Source of the DNA: Candidatus Daviesbacteria bacterium
GTDB lineage: Bacteria; Patescibacteriota; Microgenomatia; Daviesbacterales; UBA10151
Direction of reading: 5' to 3'
NCBI GenBank assembly: GCA_028712705.1
Contig: JAQTPP010000001.1
Coordinates: forward strand, 81,521 to 145,520
DNA: 64,000 nucleotides
Under the pieces are notes generated by a model. It was not told the DNA's origin and did no database searches. It was given only the letters and a program-made list of their open reading frames with translations. Shown piece by piece: positions 56,166-64,000 of this stretch. The stretch's first letter is position 1. Each line of letters starts with the position of its first letter. A program made the translations under genes and the position numbers.

Positions 56166-57605
56166 ATGCAAGATAATAATCCTCAAATAAAAAACTTCTT
56201 AGAAATCCCCTATGACCGGCTTGAAGAAATGAATCTGAAGGCTAAAGAAAAACAACAAGTTGCGGATCCGCAACTGCTGGAGAAAGAATATCGCCTTTAT
56301 TTACAGAAAGAAAAACGGATTAAAGCAATCACTTTATGTTTCACAGACATTGAGGGCAGATTTCATATGCTGGATTATGATAAAAAATATCTACTGGAAT
56401 CTGCTTCAAATTTAACTTTTGACGGTTCTTCGATAAGAGGTTTTACTGCCCAGCGCGAATCAGATTTAAGACTTCGGGTTGACTGGCCAAGTTTAATCTG
56501 GCTTCCTTCTGATGTTTTTGGCTGCGGCAAGATCGTGATGTTTGCGGATGTATTGGGAAGGGACGGAACTCTTTATATCTCGGATTTCAGGGGTCAATTA
56601 AAATTATATACTCAAGAACTGAAGAAAAAAGAGGGTATTAATGCATATACCGCAACGGAAACCGAAGGATTTTTGGTAGAAGGCGTAGGTGCGGAACAAA
56701 GTTTTGATGAAGATATCGGCTTTAAATTAATTTCAACAGGCGGTTATTATCACTCTCTGCCACTGGATAAATTGCGAAGATTTATAGATGCATCGGCAGA
56801 GGCGCAAAGGGCAATGGGTTTTAAAAATGAGAAAGATCACCCGGAAGTAGCCCCTTCGCAATTCGAATTGAATTTTGGTTATACCGAGGTTGTTCGGGCT
56901 TGTGATCAAATTCAGCTTTATAAATTAGTATGTAGGCAAGTTGCCAATAATATGGGGTTAACAGCCACTTTTCTACCAAAACCAATTGCTAACATAAATG
57001 GTTCTGGTATGCACACTAATTTTTCTCTAGCTAAGAATGGGAAAAATATCTTTTATCAAAAAGACGGACAAGACGAATTATCGGAAATTGCCTGGGATTT
57101 TATCTTAAAGATTTTAAATCACGCTCCTGAAATTTCCTTAGTGTTTGGTTCGTCAGTTAATGCATACAGAAGACTAGATCCACACTTTGAAGCTCCAAAC
57201 CAAATTAAAGTTTCACCAATTGATAGAGGGGCAATGATCAGGATTCCGGCCGGTAATGAGAAAACAGCCAGGATTGAAGTTAGGGCTGTGGCACCGGATG
57301 CAAACCCTTATCTTGTCCTTTATACGATTTTAAAAACGGGATTGGAAGGTAAAAAACTTGCTCAACCAAAACGTAGACGAAACAGGTTAAGATTCTTGCC
57401 TGGAACAATTAATGACGCGATCAGGCTTTTTAGGACAAGTGATTTTATAGGGAAAATTTTAGGCGAGGAAAATAAACAAAAATATTTGTTTTTTAAAGAA
57501 GTAGTGGCAGATAGAAGTCCTAAAGAACTTGGAAAAAAAGTTAAAACATCGGAAATTATTTACCACCATGAAGTAACCAATCAGGTATTGTGGAATAATT
57601 TTTAA
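56166..57605 (+). CDS. Glutamine synthetase family ligase (type I-like GlnA fold)
   Basis: NLTFDGSSIRGF, KPIANINGSGMHTNFSL, NAYRRLDPHFEAP and DRGAMIRIP correspond to GS catalytic motifs. Confidence 0.75.
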   Translation: MQDNNPQIKNFLEIPYDRLEEMNLKAKEKQQVADPQLLEKEYRLYLQKEKRIKAITLCFTDIEGRFHMLDYDKKYLLESASNLTFDGSSIRGFTAQRESDLRLRVDWPSLIWLPSDVFGCGKIVMFADVLGRDGTLYISDFRGQLKLYTQELKKKEGINAYTATETEGFLVEGVGAEQSFDEDIGFKLISTGGYYHSLPLDKLRRFIDASAEAQRAMGFKNEKDHPEVAPSQFELNFGYTEVVRACDQIQLYKLVCRQVANNMGLTATFLPKPIANINGSGMHTNFSLAKNGKNIFYQKDGQDELSEIAWDFILKILNHAPEISLVFGSSVNAYRRLDPHFEAPNQIKVSPIDRGAMIRIPAGNEKTARIEVRAVAPDANPYLVLYTILKTGLEGKKLAQPKRRRNRLRFLPGTINDAIRLFRTSDFIGKILGEENKQKYLFFKEVVADRSPKELGKKVKTSEIIYHHEVTNQVLWNNF

Positions 57606-59095
57606 TCTACATATCCCCACATTAGATCAGTCAAATTAGTATTTGGTGTTTGGCAACTTTTTTGGATAGTTTCTTTTGGTGGAATTTTAGTTGGAGGAAT
57701 TATTCCAATATGTCCAAATTTATATTTTACTTCTTTAGATAATTCTTCCGGGATGACAATGTTGTAAACAGGGACATCTATTGAAGGGTGTACAAGATGT
57801 AATCTATTTAAATAGAAGAAGTACCGGAATCCGACATTCTCTCCGGGCCTTGTTATATAGGTAATTCCGACACAAGGATAGCCTTGTATTTTAACATCCT
57901 GCTCTATAAAATTTGTTACTGCTTTGCGGTCTAAATATCCTATTTGATAAGGGTTTGAATTTACAAAAAATAAAATATTTTTAACTAAAATAAGTCCAAA
58001 AATAAAAACGGCTAAGCTTAGTCCCAGCTTTCCAGATTTTATTAAAAGAGCAAAAATCAAACTAACGATAGTTAATAATATAACTTCAAGATTTGCGAAA
58101 TAATATTCGGAAATTTGGGTATGGGAAAAAGAAAAGAACAATATAATACTTGCTAACCATATGAAAATTATTGAAACCTCCCTGATTTTTATTTGGCGAT
58201 ATTTAATAAGCAAAAAAACCGAAGAAAGTATTATAAATAAAAATGGCAGTCTTAAAGTCGAAGGTATCGATTGAGGAGATAAAAACAGGTTTTCGGTATT
58301 TTTAGAGATCATTTCCAGAACCAACATTAATTTGCGCAAGCCAATTTCCCCTTCTTTTGTAGAGAATAAATTTATGAATAAACCCTGAGTTTGTATGAAG
58401 CGGTGTTTTATTTCAAATAATATAAGCGGTAAGGAGGTAATTAAGAGGGCTGTAAAAAATAGTATTGTTTGTTTTAAATTAGGTAGTTTACGGGCAAAAA
58501 ATAAGGCAGCAGGAATTGCTAAAAGTGCAGGAAGCAGAGCTATGTGTATATGCCAAATTAATCCGATTAAAATTCCTAAAATAGGTAAAACTGAAAAGTT
58601 TCTCCGGCTTATCATTATTAGCGTATAGAAATACCAGATAGCCCAAAGTTTGGTTGGAAGTGTGGGAACTATCCATCGATCAAACCCTACGGTTGAAAGA
58701 AGTACTGCATGTAAAAAAGCTGCCAATATCCCGACTGTTTTATTAAATAATTTGGTTAAGACAAAATAATAACTCAGTATTGTTAAGACTCCTACTAAAA
58801 CCCCAAGTCCAAAAACCCCAATAGGATCCATCTTTGATGCTAAGAAAAAGGGGATCAATAAGTAATAAAACAAGCCTCCAATAAAGATACCGGGGGCAGA
58901 AGTAAGCTGGCCAATTAAACGAAAATGGTGATTTACTACAATATCTTTAACAATCCAGGAATAAAGATCGCCGTCGTGAGCAAATTCAAACCGTTCGACT
59001 ATTTTATAAGTTCTAAAAAATAATCCAATAATCAGGATAAAAATTAAGACGAGCAAGTACGGTTTTTTCTTAAAATATGAAATTACAGAGGACAT
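57602..59095 (-). CDS. Polytopic membrane protein, GT39/ArnT-like (paralog 2)
   Basis: Shares N-terminal (DGDLYSWIVKDIV...LIGQLTSAPGIFIGGLFYYL) and C-terminal (YPCVGITYITRPGENVGFRYFFYLN) blocks with the 60991-62484 protein. Confidence 0.5.
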   Translation of the reverse strand: MSSVISYFKKKPYLLVLIFILIIGLFFRTYKIVERFEFAHDGDLYSWIVKDIVVNHHFRLIGQLTSAPGIFIGGLFYYLLIPFFLASKMDPIGVFGLGVLVGVLTILSYYFVLTKLFNKTVGILAAFLHAVLLSTVGFDRWIVPTLPTKLWAIWYFYTLIMISRRNFSVLPILGILIGLIWHIHIALLPALLAIPAALFFARKLPNLKQTILFFTALLITSLPLILFEIKHRFIQTQGLFINLFSTKEGEIGLRKLMLVLEMISKNTENLFLSPQSIPSTLRLPFLFIILSSVFLLIKYRQIKIREVSIIFIWLASIILFFSFSHTQISEYYFANLEVILLTIVSLIFALLIKSGKLGLSLAVFIFGLILVKNILFFVNSNPYQIGYLDRKAVTNFIEQDVKIQGYPCVGITYITRPGENVGFRYFFYLNRLHLVHPSIDVPVYNIVIPEELSKEVKYKFGHIGIIPPTKIPPKETIQKSCQTPNTNLTDLMWGYVD

Positions 59096-59148
59096 ACTTA
59101 ATGATAGTAGCAGTTGCGATTTGAATGTGCAATTAGATCCTGATAGAC

Positions 59149-59910
59149 TTGAGATCCATGAAAATTAAAGCTATTAAAACCCGTAAATTTCTGCCGCCAA
59201 AAGACGATTTATGGGAACTACTTTCCGCAGTAAAGTCTTTAAAAGAAAACTGCGTTGTAGCAGTGACGTCTAAAGTAGTGGCAGTCGGTGAAGGCAGATG
59301 TGTACCTTTAAATAAGGTAACTAAGGATGAGCTAGCAATACAAGAATCCGATAAATACATCCCCAGAGAATTATCTCCCGGAGGACACATCTTACATACA
59401 ATTAAAGATAATATGCTGATAGCGTCTGCAGGTATAGATGAAAGTAATGGCGCTGGTTTCTATATTCTCTGGCCAAAAAATCCAAAACTTTCTGCAAAAC
59501 TAATTTGGGAATTTTTAAAAAAGAAATTTAAACTCCAAAACCTTGGAGTGATTATAACCGATTCAAGATTAGTGCCGCTCCGGCGGGGGGTTGTTGGAAT
59601 AGCTATTGGATATTTCGGGTTTAAACCTCTAAAAGATTACCGTAAAACTAAAGATATTTTCGGAAGAGAATTCGAAATGGAAACTTCAAACTTTCCCGAT
59701 AGTTTGGCAACTGCGGCGGTACTGATAATGGGAGAGGGGTCTGAATTGCAACCGATTGCAATTCTAGAAGATATCCCCGGCTTAAAATTTTTACAAAAAG
59801 AATTTAAACCAAAGACTGAATATGATGATTTTAAAATTCCCGAAAAAGAAGATATGTTTTATCCGTTTTTATCTTCTGCCAAATGGGAAAAAGGCGGAAG
59901 CGGAAAATAA
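59149..59910 (+). CDS. CofE-like F420-0:gamma-glutamyl ligase family protein
   Basis: TSKVVAVGEGRCVPL, GIDESNGAGFYILWPKNP and VIITDSRLVPLRRGVVGIAIGYFGFKPLKDYR...FGREF match PF01996 conserved blocks. Confidence 0.65.
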   Translation: MRSMKIKAIKTRKFLPPKDDLWELLSAVKSLKENCVVAVTSKVVAVGEGRCVPLNKVTKDELAIQESDKYIPRELSPGGHILHTIKDNMLIASAGIDESNGAGFYILWPKNPKLSAKLIWEFLKKKFKLQNLGVIITDSRLVPLRRGVVGIAIGYFGFKPLKDYRKTKDIFGREFEMETSNFPDSLATAAVLIMGEGSELQPIAILEDIPGLKFLQKEFKPKTEYDDFKIPEKEDMFYPFLSSAKWEKGGSGK

Positions 59911-59993
59911 ATTTTAGGATACTCTGTTCACATTAAACATACGGTCGTAGCATTAATGTCAAGTTATATTAGGAGAAAGAGCGTGAAGGTATA

Positions 59994-60923
59994 TTACTTG
60001 GATGGCGTAAAGCTGGATTGGAAGAAGGCGATCGTTTTTTTGAGGCCTTCATCCAAGTTTACCTTTGCACTCCAACCCAATTCTTTTTTGATTTTTTCAG
60101 ACGATGCAACCAGCGAAGGTACATCACCTTTTCTTTTTCCTTTATCATCAATCGGAACTTCATATCCAACTAGTTCGAAAATTTTCTTGACTACATCAGC
60201 GACTTTTACTCCCGTTTCGGTTCCTACATTATAAATATGTAAGCCCTGTAAAGGCAGGGCAAGGACATGAGCTGCTGCTAAATCATCGATGTAAATAAAA
60301 TCTCTCACTTGTTCTCCTTTCCAAAAAAGAGGAACAGGTTGTTTTGATAAAATTGCTCTTACAAAATTTGGTATGGCATGGGTTTCCGGTTCATGCAATT
60401 CTCCCGGGCCATAAGGATTAAAATAACGCAAGATTGCGACATCAAAATTAAACAAATTATGGTAAAGTTTACAGAAAGCCTCCATGGTTATTTTGGTAAT
60501 CCCATAGGGATTTTCCTGTTCTCCTAATGGATCATCTTCCGTGATGGGTAACTTTTTTGGAACACCATACACACAAGCGCTTGAAGAAAAAATAATCTTT
60601 TTAACACCTGCATTTTTCATAGCCTCCAATAATTTGATTGTTCCGACAATATTGTTTTGGGCAAATCCCACAGGTTTTTTAACAGATTTACCTACTTCAA
60701 TGAAAGAGGCCATATGAATAACCGCATCATGTCCGGCCAAAATTTCTTCCAGTTGTTTTTGATCTTCTAAACCGACTTGGTGGAAACTTACTCTTTGATC
60801 TAAAGAGTCTTTGTGGCCTTTTGATAAATTATCTACCACGGTTACTTTATGCCCTTGATTGAGCAACAATTCATTGACATGAGATCCGATAAAACCCGCC
60901 CCTCCTGTAACAACGATTTTCAT
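59994..60923 (-). CDS. galE: UDP-glucose 4-epimerase / NAD-dependent epimerase-dehydratase
   Basis: MKIVVTGGAGFIGSH Rossmann motif. About 310 aa with GalE-like conserved blocks. Confidence 0.8.
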   Translation of the reverse strand: MKIVVTGGAGFIGSHVNELLLNQGHKVTVVDNLSKGHKDSLDQRVSFHQVGLEDQKQLEEILAGHDAVIHMASFIEVGKSVKKPVGFAQNNIVGTIKLLEAMKNAGVKKIIFSSSACVYGVPKKLPITEDDPLGEQENPYGITKITMEAFCKLYHNLFNFDVAILRYFNPYGPGELHEPETHAIPNFVRAILSKQPVPLFWKGEQVRDFIYIDDLAAAHVLALPLQGLHIYNVGTETGVKVADVVKKIFELVGYEVPIDDKGKRKGDVPSLVASSEKIKKELGWSAKVNLDEGLKKTIAFFQSSFTPSK

Positions 60924-60990
60924 GTAAATATTTTAATATAACTAGTCTTGTTTATCTACTGTGGTTTTTGTACAATTTTTCAATCACCAG

Positions 60991-62484
60991 ATGTCAAAAA
61001 TACCAAAACCCTTTATTTTATTTCTAATTATTGTCTTGTGTATTTTCATGCGTACATGGAGATATGAAGACTTCTATGGATTTGGACATGATCAGGATTT
61101 GTTTGCCTGGATAGCTAAAGATATTGTTATAGATAAACATATAAGACTGATTGGTCAGGAAACAAGTATAAACGGTTTATTCATCGGCCCTATATTTTAC
61201 TACTTAATTTCGCTGGCGCTTTTATTTTTTAATATGGATCCCCGGGTTGCTAATGTGGTTACGGTTGCAGTGAGTTTATTTACCGCACTAAGTTTCTATT
61301 TTGTGATATCAAAATTTTTTGGCAAGACAGCGGGTCTTATAATTTCATTTCTATATTCAGTTTCTTTAGGGACGGCTTTATTTGATCGTTGGGTAGTCCC
61401 GACTCAACCGACTCTACTTTGGTCAATCTGGTACCTTTATGTTTTATTGTCTTTTTTAAAGGGTAATTTTAAGGTGCTTCCTGTTTTAGCAATCCTGGTT
61501 GGTTTTATTTGGCATATCCATATCGCTTTTGCGCCTTTGCTCCTGCTTTTACCATTAACGATATTTTTAAAACGGAAAGCAATTAGAAAAAGTAATTTTC
61601 ACTTACAGTTTAAGAATATATTGTTATCGTCAGTTATCTTTTTTCTATTAATATCGCCTTTTTTGATTTTTGAAGTACGCCATAATTTTCAGCAAATTAA
61701 AGCTCTAACTCACGTTGCATCTGAAGAAAGAGGAAATGTAAAAGGGACAGCAAGGGTATTAAAAATAGCAAAATCTGCCGCTGTAATTTTTACCGGCGCT
61801 TTCTGGTATGACGAGAAACAGCAAAATTTACCACAAGAGATTTTTGTTATACCCTTGTTAGCTCTGTTTTTCTTTATATTTTTAGCCAGAAAAAAAGTAT
61901 TTGATAAAGAGCAAGTATCAATAATGGCAGCATGGATGGGGATCGGATTAATAGGGCAATTTATTTCCAAAAGGCAAATCAGTGAATATTATCTGACTAA
62001 CTTATTGGTAATTGTCTATCTTACTTTTGCTCTTTTTATTGCGTATCTTTATAGTTTTAAAAAATTGCGGTTGCCAATAATTTTGCTTTTACTCTTCTAT
62101 GTTTCTTTTAATATATTTTCTTTATTGAAATTGTCTAAATCATATGATAACTACGGTGACCGTAAAAGGCTGATTGAATATATTAAACAAGATGTGCTTG
62201 CGCATAATTATCCTTGTATTGGCGTAAATTTTATTGCTGACCCCGGAGCGGGAGTGGGCTTTAGATACCTTTTTTGGCTAAATAAAATTCCTATTATTAA
62301 ACCGGTTGCAGGTATTCCAGTATACAATATCGCTATACCCTGGATTTATGCTTCGCCAAAAGAGCTAAGTTTTAAGCAAGGATATTTTGGAGTGATTATC
62401 CCTAAACCAATTGAAGTAAAAAATCTAGGTTTATGTAATGACGTAAAAAACCAGTTTTTACCTTTATCCGGATTTGTAAACTAA
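60991..62484 (+). CDS. Polytopic membrane protein, GT39/ArnT-like (paralog 3); the ORF track starts at 60961
   Basis: Shares GHDQDLFAWIAKDIV...LIGQETSINGLFIGPIFYYL and YPCIGVNFIADPGAGVGFRYLFWLN blocks with paralog 2. Confidence 0.5.
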   Translation: MSKIPKPFILFLIIVLCIFMRTWRYEDFYGFGHDQDLFAWIAKDIVIDKHIRLIGQETSINGLFIGPIFYYLISLALLFFNMDPRVANVVTVAVSLFTALSFYFVISKFFGKTAGLIISFLYSVSLGTALFDRWVVPTQPTLLWSIWYLYVLLSFLKGNFKVLPVLAILVGFIWHIHIAFAPLLLLLPLTIFLKRKAIRKSNFHLQFKNILLSSVIFFLLISPFLIFEVRHNFQQIKALTHVASEERGNVKGTARVLKIAKSAAVIFTGAFWYDEKQQNLPQEIFVIPLLALFFFIFLARKKVFDKEQVSIMAAWMGIGLIGQFISKRQISEYYLTNLLVIVYLTFALFIAYLYSFKKLRLPIILLLLFYVSFNIFSLLKLSKSYDNYGDRKRLIEYIKQDVLAHNYPCIGVNFIADPGAGVGFRYLFWLNKIPIIKPVAGIPVYNIAIPWIYASPKELSFKQGYFGVIIPKPIEVKNLGLCNDVKNQFLPLSGFVN

Positions 62485-64000
62485 TATGAAAAAAATAAAA
62501 CCTCTCTGTTTAATAATTACCTTACTGCTCATTTCCGGTGTCCTATACAGATTAACTTTGACCTATGGCGGGAATTTTATTTTTAATATGGATAATGCCC
62601 GTGATATGGTTGATCTTCGGGAAATGATGGTTTTAGGTAAACTAAGACTGACAGGGCCCACTTCGGCAATTGAAGGGTTTTTTAATGGGCCTTTTTGGTA
62701 TTATCTTTTGGCAATCCCTTTTAGTCTATCCGGTGGCGATCCATATGCATCAATTCTGATGGAAATTGTCCTTTGGACGATAGGAGGATTTTTCCTTCTA
62801 AGGTTGATAAGCAGGTGGGGAAATTGGTTAGTTTGGCCGATAGGCGCTTTGTGGATTGCCTCGGATTACATAGTACTTACTAATCTTTATGCATTTAATC
62901 CGAATCCGGTAGTATTGCTTACTCCTTTATTTATTTATTTATTGGTTGAATATCTAGAAAGGAAAAAGACAATTTATGGAATTTACGTATGGATTCTAGC
63001 CGGGTTATTTTTTAATTTTGAGATGAATTTTGGGATTTTTATACCGCCTATAATTTTGGTAAGTACAGTATTTACAGGTAATACAAACTTGCTAAAACAA
63101 AAATGGTTTTGGGTAGGAGTTGCCGCGTTTGCCGCAACCTTACTGCCGCAGGTAATTTTTGATCTGAAACATCAATTTATAATGAGTAAAGCGCTACTCC
63201 GGCATCTCTCGGAAAATAGCGGCACCGGTTTTAATATTGTAAAACGTCTTCAGATTATTTCAGAGAGTTTTTACAATACATTCCAGGCAACTCTCATGAA
63301 TCACCAATTATTCACACGGCTCATCCTTGTATTTTTTATTCCAGTAATTTACTGGTTTCTAAAAGCGAAAAAGAAAGAAACGGTTGCTTGTGTAAGCTTT
63401 CTATTAATTTTTATTCCATTTTTAGGTTACTTAATTTTACCCGTTACAGTTAATCCTTGGCATCTTGGCGGTGAAATGGCTGCGTCATTAATACTGGTAG
63501 GCTATTTACTAAAAAAACTTATGGAAAGAAGTTTTGTAAGTAAAATCATTTCTGCTGCCCTTTTGATTTCAATTATTTGGTTTGCGCTATTGAATATTGC
63601 TAATTTTAACGGCTGGAGAGGGGTTAATTTGGACCCCTCGTTATATAAAAATGAAATTGCTGGCATAGATTATGTGTATAAAATAGCCAATGGAGGGAAT
63701 TTTAAAGTTTATACATATCTTCCTTCGGTTTACGATTATCCGTATCAATATCTCTTTTGGTGGTATGGTCAAAAAAAATACGGATATATTCCTGGAGAAT
63801 ATGTTTATTCTCCTGATAAACCGGTTTACATCCCCAGTCAAAATAAGTTTCAGGGCTCAAAGAAAAATTTTTCGGGACTGGTATTTTTAATCAAAGAACC
63901 TGACAGGATTAAAATGAGACAGGCTTGGGAAGGAGATTTTAAGGATATGGAATTTATCTCAAAAACAATGCTTGGTTCTATAGAAATAGAAATCAGGAGA
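62485..64000 (+). CDS. Polytopic membrane protein, GT39/ArnT-like (paralog 4), partial; it runs off the window end
   Basis: An open frame from the ATG at 62485 to the window end (absent from the ORF track because it has no stop). The N-terminal DNARDMVDLREMMVLGKLRLTGPTSAIEGFFNGPFWYYL block matches the other paralogs. Confidence 0.5.

Overview
This window looks like a small, AT-rich bacterial genome segment, probably Patescibacteria/CPR, and is densely packed with housekeeping genes. These include cca (partial), recJ, pheA, aspS, gltX, lysS, serS, secA, lon, greA, hppA, nrdR-nrdJ, the rib operon, pentose-phosphate genes with a split transketolase, and a VKOR/DsbA pair. Cell-envelope genes include two DacA-type carboxypeptidases, an L,D-transpeptidase, a cyclophilin, a large surface lipase, an LPXTG protein, a GalE epimerase and four paralogous GT39-like membrane proteins. 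One tRNA-Glu(CUC) is present. No rRNA or CRISPR array was found. The unusual content is mostly non-genic or small: two families of short palindromic elements occur in intergenic spacers and also in-frame inside essential genes. One is a CACCTCSGAGGTG-type hairpin and the other a GTCATTCYGAG-type nested palindrome. Two RayT-like HUH tyrosine transposases are each flanked by their own REP-like hairpins, and one sits between nrdJ and a cob(I)alamin adenosyltransferase gene. There is also a hicB-hicA toxin-antitoxin pair, a possible promoter-driven ncRNA, structured leaders in front of the rib operon and greA, and a GS-family ligase plus a CofE-like gamma-glutamyl ligase embedded among envelope glycosyltransferase-like genes. 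All calls come from reading the sequence and ORF translations by eye; no searches were run.
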